Below, piece by piece: positions 33,855 to 44,058 of a stretch of 64,000 nucleotides of DNA (position 1 is its first letter; each line of letters begins with the position of its first letter). Position numbers and translations under genes: made by a program. The notes under the pieces were generated by a model that did no database searches, had not been told where the DNA came from, and worked only from the letters and a program-made list of their open reading frames with translations. Source of the stretch: Bacteroidia bacterium (GTDB lineage: Bacteria; Bacteroidota; Bacteroidia; UBA4408). The stretch lies in NCBI GenBank assembly GCA_043778625.1, contig JAYWFU010000128.1, forward strand, positions 54,528-118,527, written 5' to 3'.

Positions 33855-36800
33855 ATGACAATGAAGAAAAAATTACTTACCCTCGTATTTTCACTAATCA
33901 TACTAAATAGTTTTGCACAAGTAGCCACTTGGACTAATGGTGGTGGCACTAATTTATTTAGCACTCCGCTTAACTGGAGTACTGGCATAGTTCCAACTAC
34001 TGCCAACGATGTGCTCTTTGATGGTTCTACGGCAGCCACATGTATTATTGACCAAAACGTAAGTGTAAAAACAATAACTGGTAATAGTACCTACAACGGT
34101 GCTATTATGTTTAATGCTGGCTCTACCATAACTACCAACACCGATTTTACTTGGAATAGTAGCACCACCATTACAGGCAATACAGGTAGCGTAACTATTG
34201 GACGAAACTTTTTTATGAGCGCAGGTAGCTTTATTGCAGGTACGGGTACAATAATGGTTATGGCTGCCTATGCCCAAAACGGAACAACCAATACCGTAAA
34301 TTTATCCGCAGCTGGTTTGGTTACTTATACCACCACATTTATGTTACAAAACGGAACGTATATAGCGCCTGCTAACGAAACTCACAATGGTAATTTTACG
34401 GTATCGGGTGGTACATTTACACCCAATAATGGCAATGTGCGTTTTGTGTCGCCTAGTAGTACTGTTATAGCCACTAGTGCTACTAACGCTGCTATAATTA
34501 CTAATACTCAACCATTTTACAATTTAATATTCGAAAACTCAACTATTGCTCCAGCTAACTTATTTAGAACCTATGCAGTAAGCGGTATAGTTACTGTAAA
34601 CAACGAATTAATTTATGATTATGGTGCAACTTTAGCTAACCCAAGTATTATTACTAATAGGTCAGGTGCAACAGGTACTATTGTACTAAAAAAAGATTTA
34701 CGCGTAATTACGGGTTCTACTCGTCGTAATTACGATGGTGGTTCAGCAACTATTGAGTTAAATAGTTCGTCAACTCAAACCTTGTTTATTAATAACCTCA
34801 ACAATGGTTATACGCTTTGTAATGTAAGTGTTACAGGGCCAGCACGTACTATACAAAATACAAGCTCGCCGTTTCAAACTCATCAGTTAAACTGCATGAG
34901 TTTTACGTGTGCTGCCAGTGGCTTTATTACAATGAACACTAGTTTAAATTTAAAAGGCGATTTAACCGATAATGGTAATTTAATATTTCCTTCGTCACAA
35001 ATTACTTATTTTAGAGGCGATGCCAAAAATCAAAATATTATTACCTCAGGCGAAATATCGTTTTCTACTCTGCGTATTGTAAACGGAACGCCTTACTCAA
35101 TTATACAACAAGGCAATGTGGCTGTTAGAGATTTTATGGCGTTTGCTTCGGGGGCAACACATAATGTAAATGGCAGAGTACTAACATTTAAATCAGTAGC
35201 GGTAGGTGGTAATTCTGCAAAAACAGGTATGCTCACCGATTTAACATTGTTTCCTACGGCACAACTAATAGGTAACTTTACGGTGGAACGTTTTTTAAAA
35301 GGTGGTACAACGGGTTGGGTATTATTAGGTTCGCCGTTTGGATCACAAAATACGCTAAATGATTGGAAAGATGATTTTGCAATGAGTGGTTTTACAGGTA
35401 GCACGGGCAATACGTTTCCTGCATTTACATCAATGTATAGTTACGACGAAACTCAGCCAGGTGCCGTGGGTGCTGATGCCAAATATATTGCACCAACTAA
35501 TATTACTAATACAATAGGTACAGGTAAAGGTTGGTGGGCTTATGTAGGTACTGCGTTAAATACTACTACTGATATAACATTAGATGTTACTGGTGCTTTA
35601 ACGTCAGGCATTAACAGAAACAACGTAAACATACCCGTAACCGCTACGCCCAACAATGGTGCTATACCCAACGCTGATGACGGTTGGAACTTAATAGCAA
35701 ACCCTTATCCAGCCTCGTTAGATTTTAAATTATTTAGAGCAAGCAATGGAGGCTTAGGTTTGGGAGCAAGTATATTTGCCTATAATGCTGATTTAGGGGC
35801 TGACGCTACTTATAACGATGCCACAAGTATATCAAGCCCTAGTGTGTTTAGCGGTGGTATAAGTCAGTTTTTAACAAGCTCAAGGGCCTTTAACGTGCAA
35901 GTAACAAGTTCAGGTAACTTAGTGGCGCAAGAAAACCATAAACGTGTATCAGGTGCTGGCGATAACATGCCTCTATGGCGTGTAGCCACAGCAGATAGTG
36001 CTACACAGTATTTTAGAATATTTATGCAAAATAATACTGATAACCGTGTGAATGATTGTGTACTTAATTTTAACGACCTTGCCACCACTGGCATTGACGA
36101 TTACGATGCACTTAGAACAAAAACACTAGTAGATAACCCACATGATATGTTATTAATGACCAAGCTTAACGGACGAGATTTTGCCATAAACTCAATACCG
36201 TTAGATACCATTAACATAACCAACTTACCGCTTAGTACACGTGTGGGCACAACAGGTTCGTACACTATTAATGCTAGTAACTTAGCTGGTATAGTACCTA
36301 ATAATTACTGCATTAAGTTAGTGGATTATAAGCTAAACACCACTATTAATTTGCGTAACGAAAGTTATACTACCGTATTAGACTCTAACGATAATGCTAC
36401 CTATCGTTTCAGTATTGTTATTGAACCCAACGCTACTGCCTTAAACGTTACGGCTAGTGTTAGCGTGCCTGTTAATAATTTAACTAATGTGCAAGCAAGT
36501 GTAAATAGTGCTAGTAATTTTAATTACTACTTAATAAACACAACTACTGGTACTAAAGTAGATTCGGTAATGAATAATAACACCGCCCAGTTTAACAATG
36601 TGGCAGCAGGCTATACTTACAAAGTACAAGCTGTGCAAGTGGGTGGAGCTATATGCTCAGTAGCCGAAACCATGGTTGAAATAGTAGCCAACGTTACCAA
36701 CATACACACCAATGCCACTAAAGCACTACAAAGCTACTATGCTAACGGAACTATTGTGGTTAAAACCAATGCTACTTACGAACCTGCTACTATAACAGTA

Positions 36801-36956
36801 CACAATATGTTAGGGCAATTATTAACTAGTAAAAAAATTACACTTAACGGACAAACTGAATTAGTTGTACTAGGCGATATTGCTACGCAAAACGTGTTGG
36901 TAACAGTAGTTTCCAACACTACTAATTATAGTAACAAAATTACAGTAATTAAGTAA
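33855..36956 (+). CDS. Large secreted T9SS-type surface protein
   Basis: Signal peptide; TW..GG...NWS.G.VP start; beta-helix-like T/G/N-rich region; GWNLIANPYPASLD; CTD-like end (VHNMLGQLL...KITVIK). Confidence 0.75.
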   Translation: MTMKKKLLTLVFSLIILNSFAQVATWTNGGGTNLFSTPLNWSTGIVPTTANDVLFDGSTAATCIIDQNVSVKTITGNSTYNGAIMFNAGSTITTNTDFTWNSSTTITGNTGSVTIGRNFFMSAGSFIAGTGTIMVMAAYAQNGTTNTVNLSAAGLVTYTTTFMLQNGTYIAPANETHNGNFTVSGGTFTPNNGNVRFVSPSSTVIATSATNAAIITNTQPFYNLIFENSTIAPANLFRTYAVSGIVTVNNELIYDYGATLANPSIITNRSGATGTIVLKKDLRVITGSTRRNYDGGSATIELNSSSTQTLFINNLNNGYTLCNVSVTGPARTIQNTSSPFQTHQLNCMSFTCAASGFITMNTSLNLKGDLTDNGNLIFPSSQITYFRGDAKNQNIITSGEISFSTLRIVNGTPYSIIQQGNVAVRDFMAFASGATHNVNGRVLTFKSVAVGGNSAKTGMLTDLTLFPTAQLIGNFTVERFLKGGTTGWVLLGSPFGSQNTLNDWKDDFAMSGFTGSTGNTFPAFTSMYSYDETQPGAVGADAKYIAPTNITNTIGTGKGWWAYVGTALNTTTDITLDVTGALTSGINRNNVNIPVTATPNNGAIPNADDGWNLIANPYPASLDFKLFRASNGGLGLGASIFAYNADLGADATYNDATSISSPSVFSGGISQFLTSSRAFNVQVTSSGNLVAQENHKRVSGAGDNMPLWRVATADSATQYFRIFMQNNTDNRVNDCVLNFNDLATTGIDDYDALRTKTLVDNPHDMLLMTKLNGRDFAINSIPLDTINITNLPLSTRVGTTGSYTINASNLAGIVPNNYCIKLVDYKLNTTINLRNESYTTVLDSNDNATYRFSIVIEPNATALNVTASVSVPVNNLTNVQASVNSASNFNYYLINTTTGTKVDSVMNNNTAQFNNVAAGYTYKVQAVQVGGAICSVAETMVEIVANVTNIHTNATKALQSYYANGTIVVKTNATYEPATITVHNMLGQLLTSKKITLNGQTELVVLGDIATQNVLVTVVSNTTNYSNKITVIK

Positions 36957-37040
36957 CCTAGTATTTTATAACCCAAACTAATTTTAATAGTGTGTTAAAT
37001 TTAACGTTCTATTAAAATTAGTTTTTAGCTTTTAACAGCA

Positions 37041-39098
37041 ATGAAAACAATGAAAGCAATCAAAATAATTATATTGTTTTTATTGTTTGGTATAGCAAAC
37101 GTTAATGCCCAAAATAATGTAGGTATAGGTACAACTACACCTAATGCTAAAGCTGTACTGGAGCTACAAGCTATTGATAAAGGTTTTTTGGCACCACGCA
37201 TGAGTGCCGTGCAAATGAACGCTATAACAACACCACCTAATGGCTTGCTAGTGTACAACACTACTGTTAATTGTTTTAATTACTGGAATAGTGTTACCAC
37301 AACTTGGGTAAATATGTGTGCAAGCACTGGCACTACTGGAGTAAGCAATAGCGGCGATACTGTAATTATTAATTTATTAAAAGTAGATAGTGCATTTATT
37401 ACCAACTTGTTTGCCACATACATAAAGGCTGACAGTGCGTTTATTAAAAATATAATTAGTAATTATATTAAAACGGATAGTGCTTTTATTCACTTACTGC
37501 GTAGCGATACTGCTTACATTAAAACATTAATAACCAATACTATTAACGCGCACTACATTGTAACTGATAGCATTAATGCTGGTTTTGGACGCTTTGATAG
37601 CATATATGTAAACGGACAAAACTTACAACAATACATAAGCACATTATTAAGTAATAAAGACACGGTGGTGTTAAAATACCTGCAAACTGATAGCATACAA
37701 ACCTTACTAATAAAGGCAGATAGTGCCTACATTAAAAACTTACTGGCTAATACAATTACTGCTACGTTTATAATTACTGATAGTATTAAAGCAGCCTTTG
37801 GGCGTTTTGATAGTTTGTATGTTGGGGGTAAAAACATATTACAAACAATTAGCGACAGTATTAAAGCACAAGCATGGTTGCTAAAGGGCAACACTGCTAC
37901 TACAACTAATTATTTGGGTACAAACAATGCGCAAGATTTAGTGTTTAAAACCAACGGGGTTGAAAACATGCGCATACTCAATACAAACGGTAATGTAGGT
38001 ATTGGTACCACTACACCTGCATTTAGGTTGCACGTACCTGCAGGTTACATAGGTACTGATTACATCAACACTACCGATAACTCCGTTAACACAGGGGTTA
38101 CAGGCATTATGATAAAAGCTGGCGATAATTTTTTGCGTACAGGTACAGCAGCCGCTATTAATTCTTTTTTAGGAATAACAGCACCAGGCGGCGATAACTT
38201 AGGCAACCATTTTGCAACAACTACATTAAATATGAATGCTAACTTTATTACTAACGCACAAGGTAGCTCAACATTTGCACAAAGTAATAATACCTCTACT
38301 TCATTTGTTGATGCCCCTATACAATTACGTGAGGCACAGTTTGGTGGGGCAGGGTTTATAGCTCCTCGCCTAAGTTTTCATTGGGCAGGTGTGGTAGCTT
38401 CGCAAATAGGCATAGAAGCCAGCGGGCGAATAGCCATACGTAATAACCCAGGTACAGGCTACGAAAACTTTGTGGCCAACGAAACCTATGCCAATGGCTG
38501 GTTTAGAAACATAAACTCAAATACAGGTTTGTATAACGAAACTAATTTTACTGGAATATACTCGCCAAGTGTAGGGGTTATGGCTATTTTTAACAATGGT
38601 GTATTAGGCATTAAAACAATTACGCCCACTGCCGACCTTGATGTAAACGGTACAGTACGTGTACAAAGCCTACCTGCAGGCGCTAATAACGAAAGCATAG
38701 TAACCGTTGATGGTGCAGGAAACTTACACAAAAAACCAGCAGGCTTTGGAGGTGCTATCTATGTAGGGACTTTTTATTCGGGTAACACAGGAGCTCCACC
38801 AGCTTCGCCGCCTGTTAGTGGCTATTTTACATCAGCTTCAGCTTATAATTATAGTTGTGCTCCCGTTTGTAGAGATGTTGTTACAGTTAATTTTCCAGCT
38901 TTACCTAATACAAATTACGTCGTAATCTGCACTCCCGTTTGCAATACTTGCACCACAGATTTCGCTGCAGATTTTTCAAATGAAATACGTACACCATTAA
39001 TTTATCAAAAAACTACTACTAGTTTTAAATTAATGGTTGAAGAGACTGGCAACGCTACACAAGACTTAACATGGGATATTGTTATTATTAATTATTAA
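37041..39098 (+). CDS. Phage tail-fibre-like secreted protein with a D(S/T)x repeat block
   Basis: Signal peptide; NVGIGTTTP twice; KGFLAPRM...GLLVYNT; WLLKGN...LGTNNAQDLVFKTN; duplicated repeat block; fibre-tip-like C-terminus. Confidence 0.75.
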   Translation: MKTMKAIKIIILFLLFGIANVNAQNNVGIGTTTPNAKAVLELQAIDKGFLAPRMSAVQMNAITTPPNGLLVYNTTVNCFNYWNSVTTTWVNMCASTGTTGVSNSGDTVIINLLKVDSAFITNLFATYIKADSAFIKNIISNYIKTDSAFIHLLRSDTAYIKTLITNTINAHYIVTDSINAGFGRFDSIYVNGQNLQQYISTLLSNKDTVVLKYLQTDSIQTLLIKADSAYIKNLLANTITATFIITDSIKAAFGRFDSLYVGGKNILQTISDSIKAQAWLLKGNTATTTNYLGTNNAQDLVFKTNGVENMRILNTNGNVGIGTTTPAFRLHVPAGYIGTDYINTTDNSVNTGVTGIMIKAGDNFLRTGTAAAINSFLGITAPGGDNLGNHFATTTLNMNANFITNAQGSSTFAQSNNTSTSFVDAPIQLREAQFGGAGFIAPRLSFHWAGVVASQIGIEASGRIAIRNNPGTGYENFVANETYANGWFRNINSNTGLYNETNFTGIYSPSVGVMAIFNNGVLGIKTITPTADLDVNGTVRVQSLPAGANNESIVTVDGAGNLHKKPAGFGGAIYVGTFYSGNTGAPPASPPVSGYFTSASAYNYSCAPVCRDVVTVNFPALPNTNYVVICTPVCNTCTTDFAADFSNEIRTPLIYQKTTTSFKLMVEETGNATQDLTWDIVIINY

Positions 39099-39105
39099 AT
39101 AATAA

Positions 39106-39639
39106 ATGCTCAACAACCGCTATTTTATACTACTTACATTACTTAAAGCATTAGGGCTGTATGTATTGTGGTTTGTAGTGTATGATTTGTGGTTGCACCC
39201 TTTAGGTAAGTTAGATAGATGGGCTATTAATAGCATAAGTATAACTGCCAGCGGTGTATTAAAATTAATGGGCTACACACTACTACCAGAGCCTCCGCCC
39301 GAAGAGGTGATACGCACCATAGGTATTGATGGCACACATGGCTTGTGGATTGGCGACCCTTGCAACGGCTTAACCATTATGGCACTGTTTGCAGGTTTTG
39401 TGCTAATAATGCCAGGTAATTATAAAGCTAAATTATGGTACATACCATTAGGGTTAGCCGTATTACATTTAGCCAACATATTGCGTGTAGTGGGTTTGTG
39501 CTTGGTGTTAAAACATTACCCAACCTCTTTAGAGTTTAACCATACCTACAGCTTTACTATTGTGGTGTATAGCATTGTGTTTGCCTTGTGGATGTACTGG
39601 ATAAACAACCACTCGTTTACCACAACTAAAGCTAGTTAG
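39106..39639 (+). CDS. Exosortase/archaeosortase family protein (XrtX-like)
   Basis: Multi-TM; catalytic-type Cys (DPCNGL), Arg (NILRV) and His (FNH). Confidence 0.85.
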   Translation: MLNNRYFILLTLLKALGLYVLWFVVYDLWLHPLGKLDRWAINSISITASGVLKLMGYTLLPEPPPEEVIRTIGIDGTHGLWIGDPCNGLTIMALFAGFVLIMPGNYKAKLWYIPLGLAVLHLANILRVVGLCLVLKHYPTSLEFNHTYSFTIVVYSIVFALWMYWINNHSFTTTKAS

Positions 39640-39645
39640 CAACAA

Positions 39646-40830
39646 TTATTTGGTTTGTAGCTCTTGCTCAATGGCTTTGCGCAACTCAGTTAAAAATGGA
39701 AACCCTACGGTAGCATATTCATACTTGCCATCGTTAAGTATTTCGTTGTTATTACAATATATACTTGCGGTTAAATAGTAGCGTAGTCCTTTTTGTTTAT
39801 TTTCGATATAGGCACAATCGCCAAGGAAACCATAAGCCATAGCCACTTTGTTGTACACACTATATCCTATGGGGAGTTGGGCTTTTTCGGTATCGTGAAA
39901 AAAATATTTATTGTACGTACTTACATACTTGTTACTATCGGTATACGCCAGAAGCCCTGATTGATAGGGGGTATGGAGTAAACTATTTTTTAGCAACGCA
40001 ATGTGTTTTTTATTTACAACATTAGTTTGTTGTGCAAATAAATCTTGCATTAATTGGTGTAGTTCGTCAATGGCTATATAATTTGCGTACGAAAAATCGA
40101 GCCCTCGTTTAATTAATTTACCATTAGCAATATACCCACGCCCTACAATTGCATTTTCGTTTTTATGATATTTGTATTTTGATTGTACTGCAAATGTGGT
40201 AATAATAGAGTCGGTGTTTGCATTAATATAACGCACATTATTGTACAATGATACAGGGCCTGTGTTACGTAATTGCGTAGTGTCGCAAGCGCCTAGTTTT
40301 TTGTTGATGAAGGATTTTTGCAAGCGCATTTTTTGTAATTGTGCGTTCAAAAAATCTTGCCCCATAAGTTCGTATAGCATATTGTAAGCCGTATTATCGC
40401 TAACGGTAAGCATACGTGTAATAATATTAGCGAACGAATCATCGTATAATAAGCTATCGTACACTGCGTTAGTTGCAGTAAAACCACAGGCTATATCACG
40501 CTTACGAATACATATAAAAGTACTGTCGGTAATACGCTCTTCGCCTATAGCGTCCAAATAATTGCAGGCAGCAATAGCGGTAGGTAACTTAACAAAACTT
40601 GCAGGGTAGTAGTACTCGTTTAAATTACCGTACTCGTAGGTAAGGGTGGGTTCGCCTTTAATGATAGGGGTTAGTAGTATTTTGAGTTTATACTTAGTAG
40701 GGTTACTCAATACCTTGCGCACCACAGGGTTTGAGTTTTTTTTAAGTGTGTTTTCAATAAAAAATTCGCCACGCTGCGCACTACTACTAATAGTAATAAA
40801 TAAAATAACTATAATAAATAAAGTGCGCAT
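39646..40830 (-). CDS. Serine hydrolase, class A beta-lactamase-like fold
   Basis: PASFVK (SxxK), VSDN, NKVAMAYG; signal peptide. Confidence 0.8.
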   Translation of the reverse strand: MRTLFIIVILFITISSSAQRGEFFIENTLKKNSNPVVRKVLSNPTKYKLKILLTPIIKGEPTLTYEYGNLNEYYYPASFVKLPTAIAACNYLDAIGEERITDSTFICIRKRDIACGFTATNAVYDSLLYDDSFANIITRMLTVSDNTAYNMLYELMGQDFLNAQLQKMRLQKSFINKKLGACDTTQLRNTGPVSLYNNVRYINANTDSIITTFAVQSKYKYHKNENAIVGRGYIANGKLIKRGLDFSYANYIAIDELHQLMQDLFAQQTNVVNKKHIALLKNSLLHTPYQSGLLAYTDSNKYVSTYNKYFFHDTEKAQLPIGYSVYNKVAMAYGFLGDCAYIENKQKGLRYYLTASIYCNNNEILNDGKYEYATVGFPFLTELRKAIEQELQTK

Positions 40831-40877
40831 TGTTGTTATTGGTTAATTATTAATAAATACTAGGGGGTAAATTATAT

Positions 40878-40942
40878 GCCTTGGTTCGTGTCCTCACGAA
40901 ACAATAGTGTATTAATTGTTTCGTGAGGACACGAACTAAGGC
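40878..40942. repeat. REP doublet (REPIN-like) palindrome, copy 1
   Basis: 28-bp arms GCCTTGGTTCGTGTCCTCACGAAACAAT / ATTGTTTCGTGAGGACACGAACTAAGGC with 1 mismatch; each arm has an internal TTCGTG-tcct-CACGAA hairpin. Confidence 0.85.
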
Positions 40943-40980
40943 GAAAGAAAGCCACAATACTAAATGTTAAATTACAAATT

Positions 40981-41012
40981 AAAAGCGCATTAAACTTAAT
41001 TAATGCGCTTTT
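40981..41012 (-). terminator. Rho-independent terminator downstream of the DUF3127 gene
   Basis: AAAAGCGCATTAA-acttaa-TTAATGCGCTTTT. Confidence 0.75.
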
Positions 41013-41041
41013 GATAAAAGTAATAGTGTTGCAGTTAATTA

Positions 41042-41446
41042 TTAAAACGGCATATCGTCGTCAACTACTGCGGTGTTGTTTTGCATTGTTTGTGTAAATG
41101 TATCTTGTATTGGAGCGCTACCACCCTGTGCTTGATAAGCTGGTTGTTGTTGAGGAGCTGCTGCACCGCTATCAGCTACTACACGCCACGCTTGCAACGA
41201 GTTAAAATAACTTTTTACGCCTTGTGCATTTGTCCAAGCTCTACCACGTAGGTTAAACGATACATCTACCATTGCACCTACCTGAAAGCCGTCTATTACC
41301 GACACCTTATCTTGTATTAACTCAAATTTAATATACTCAGGGTACATTGCATTTTCAGAATATTCTAACACAAAATCGCGTTTTTTAAACGTTTCTTTTA
41401 CCTGTTGTACTTCCGACATTTCGATAATTTTTCCTTTTACATTCAT
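41042..41446 (-). CDS. DUF3127 protein (SSB-like OB fold)
   Basis: FKKRDFVLE, VSFNLRGRAW, YFNSLQAWR, SSB-like acidic tail DDDMPF. Confidence 0.88.
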   Translation of the reverse strand: MNVKGKIIEMSEVQQVKETFKKRDFVLEYSENAMYPEYIKFELIQDKVSVIDGFQVGAMVDVSFNLRGRAWTNAQGVKSYFNSLQAWRVVADSGAAAPQQQPAYQAQGGSAPIQDTFTQTMQNNTAVVDDDMPF

Positions 41447-41505
41447 TGGTTCTTATTTTTAGTTGTTTATATTTTTTTAGTTCAAAGTGGGCATCCACAC
41501 ACGGT

Positions 41506-42162
41506 TTAATACAACATTATGTGAAACGATTTATTCAACAGTAATTCAATAATTAAATTGTTGTTGTGAGACAAAATTACAAAATTGCTATTAACTTTTT
41601 GCGCATAGTAGTTAATTATTTCTTCACAAGTTTTAAAACTATGTTCGTTTTTTATTATTTCGCTAAAGCATTCTCTGTTTTCAGCTCTAAACCCATCAAT
41701 GTATGGTGCAATAATGTGTGCGGTTTGCATTACTTCAAAATCGCTATTGCCCTTGGTTAAGCTTATCACATTAGTTTTAACGGCAGTAGTTAACACGTTT
41801 GCTAACTGCGGAACATTAGGGGTAGTGTTAGCTGCAAATACTACTGCGTTGGTAATAGTAGCATTGCTAGCCCCTATAATTAGCACCTTACTTAATTTAA
41901 TATATTGTTGCACCCATTGTAAGTTAGTGTGCGTGGTAAACACAGTGCCTACATCGCTATCATTAAACGTTGTGGCTATGGTATAGTTAGCGGGTACAAC
42001 GGTATGTAATTGTGTAAGCAGTTCGGTAGTTAATAATTGGTTATTGCTGCTATACACCGTGTAATTAGCACAAGGTACAATGGCGTGCTGTTGGGTAATA
42101 AAATGTGCAATAGCCAAAAAATCGGCAATGGTAGTGGCAACAATACACCTTTGTTTGTTCAT
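41506..42162 (-). CDS. Hypothetical protein
   Basis: 218-aa ORF with host-like codon usage; only a faint resemblance to universal-stress-protein folds. Confidence 0.55.
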   Translation of the reverse strand: MNKQRCIVATTIADFLAIAHFITQQHAIVPCANYTVYSSNNQLLTTELLTQLHTVVPANYTIATTFNDSDVGTVFTTHTNLQWVQQYIKLSKVLIIGASNATITNAVVFAANTTPNVPQLANVLTTAVKTNVISLTKGNSDFEVMQTAHIIAPYIDGFRAENRECFSEIIKNEHSFKTCEEIINYYAQKVNSNFVILSHNNNLIIELLLNKSFHIMLY

Positions 42163-42265
42163 ATTAATTTTTAAAAATATAAGTGGGTATTAATCATTAC
42201 GCTTACTTTTACGCTAAAGTATTAAATAAATTGAATTATTAATTTAAAAACACATATATAATAAC

Positions 42266-43135
42266 ATGATTAAAATAGGCGATTCAGAACTTATACTTAA
42301 CCCCGATGGGAGCGTTTACCATTTGCATTTAAAGCCCGAAAACATAGCCGAAAACGTTATTGTAGTAGGAGATCAGGGGCGTGTAGAAATGATATCGAAA
42401 TACTTTACCAACATTGAATTTAAAGTACAAAGTCGTGAGTTTGTTACCCACACGGGTACGTTTAACGGTAAGCGTGTTACGGCATTATCCACAGGTATTG
42501 GTACTGATAATATTGATATTGTGATGAACGAATTAGACGCCGCTGTTAATATTGATTTAACAACTCGCACTCCCAAAACCACGCACACTGCGCTTAATGT
42601 AGTGCGCATAGGCACGTCGGGCGCATTGCAGGGCGATATTCCAGTGGATTCTACCGTGCTATCTACCCACGGACTGGGTATGGACGGGCTACTTAATTTT
42701 TATGAGGTAGATAGTATTAACGAGGCCGATTTAGAGCAAGCTTTTATAGCGCACACTAACTGGAACAAGCGTTTTAATCACCCGTATTTTGTAAAAGGTT
42801 CGGAAGAGTTAATTAATAAATTATCGCCAGGCAAACATTTAGGCATAACCGCCACAGCCTGCGGTTTTTATGGCCCACAGGGGCGTGTGTTGCGCTTGCC
42901 ATTGCAAATGAACGACCTTAACGAAAAACTTACTTCATTTGCTCACAACGGACATCGTATTACTAATTTTGAAATGGAAACATCAGCCTTATTTGGCTTA
43001 GGCAAGTTGCTGGGGCATAATACTGCTACCGTGTGTACCATTGTAGCTAACCGTATTCGCAAGGAATTTAGTAAAGATTACAAAGTAAGTGTAGACAAAC
43101 TAATAGTAAATGTGTTAGAAACATTAACTACCTAA
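42266..43135 (+). CDS. Nucleoside (uridine) phosphorylase family protein
   Basis: GSVYHL, VGDQGRV, REF, STGIG, RIGTSG, GFYGPQGR, NFEMET. Confidence 0.92.
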   Translation: MIKIGDSELILNPDGSVYHLHLKPENIAENVIVVGDQGRVEMISKYFTNIEFKVQSREFVTHTGTFNGKRVTALSTGIGTDNIDIVMNELDAAVNIDLTTRTPKTTHTALNVVRIGTSGALQGDIPVDSTVLSTHGLGMDGLLNFYEVDSINEADLEQAFIAHTNWNKRFNHPYFVKGSEELINKLSPGKHLGITATACGFYGPQGRVLRLPLQMNDLNEKLTSFAHNGHRITNFEMETSALFGLGKLLGHNTATVCTIVANRIRKEFSKDYKVSVDKLIVNVLETLTT

Positions 43136-43165
43136 TTAACTTTAAGTAAACACAAAACATACACC

Positions 43166-44041
43166 ATGGATTCAAATCAATTAATGGCACTTATTAATTT
43201 GCTCGACGACCCCGACGAAGAAATTTTTAACCACATTGAAGAAAAAATAATTACGCTTGGGTCGCCCGCCATTCCTACCTTAGAAACGGCTTGGGAAACA
43301 AGTATGAATAGTGTATTGCAAAGCCGTATTGAAAACGTAATACACAAAATACAGTTTGAAAGCGTTGATAAAAACATTATTCAATGGATTGATACTGGCG
43401 CACAAAGCCTACTTGATGGCTTACTTATTATTGCCCAATATCAATACGCTGATGTGGACGAACACTTAGTGCGTGAGCAAATGAACCGTATAAAACAAGA
43501 TGTGTGGTTGGAGCTTCGTGACGACTTAACAGCGCTTGAAAAAGTAAAAATATTGAACCGTATTTTTTTTGATATTCACGGCTTTGCTGGTAATACCAAC
43601 AACTTTCATTCGCCTAACAATTCGTTTGTAAATAGTGTGTTAGAGTCGCACAAGGGCAACCCACTAATGCTATGTGCTATATACAGCATTGTGGCGCAAA
43701 GCCTTAACATACCTATTATGGGAGTTAACTTACCCGAGTTGTTTATACTAGCTTATGTTGATGAACATGCCACGGGTACAAGTAGCTCGTTTGAATTTGG
43801 TAGTAACGTACTATTTTATGTAAATGCCTTTGCTAAAGGCACCGTATTTGGCCACAAAGAAATTGATAAATTTTTGGCACAAATGCGCTTACAGCCTAAC
43901 GCCAAGCATTACGAGCCTTGCCACAATGTGGATATTATAAAACGATTGTTGCGTAACTTAAAATTTGCTTACGAAAAAAATAGCGATGCCAAACGTGTAA
44001 ACGAAATACAATACATTATTGAACGCATTGAGCAATTGTAA
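43166..44041 (+). CDS. SirB1/transglutaminase-like domain protein
   Basis: LLDDPD, GFAGN..NFH...NS, KGNP, GVNLP..F. Confidence 0.85.
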   Translation: MDSNQLMALINLLDDPDEEIFNHIEEKIITLGSPAIPTLETAWETSMNSVLQSRIENVIHKIQFESVDKNIIQWIDTGAQSLLDGLLIIAQYQYADVDEHLVREQMNRIKQDVWLELRDDLTALEKVKILNRIFFDIHGFAGNTNNFHSPNNSFVNSVLESHKGNPLMLCAIYSIVAQSLNIPIMGVNLPELFILAYVDEHATGTSSSFEFGSNVLFYVNAFAKGTVFGHKEIDKFLAQMRLQPNAKHYEPCHNVDIIKRLLRNLKFAYEKNSDAKRVNEIQYIIERIEQL

Positions 44042-44058
44042 CACACCACATATAACTT

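Noticed and set aside
30668-39098. Prophage or tailocin suggested by tail-fibre-like genes
   Set aside because: No integrase, capsid, terminase, sheath, tube or baseplate genes; the fibre-like proteins carry Sec-type signal peptides
39646-40830. Beta-lactam resistance gene
   Set aside because: SxxK and SDN show only the fold; it lacks a canonical KTG and is much longer than class A enzymes, so resistance cannot be inferred
40878-40942. CRISPR repeat or tRNA
   Set aside because: An inverted pair rather than a direct-repeat/spacer array; no cloverleaf; no cas genes
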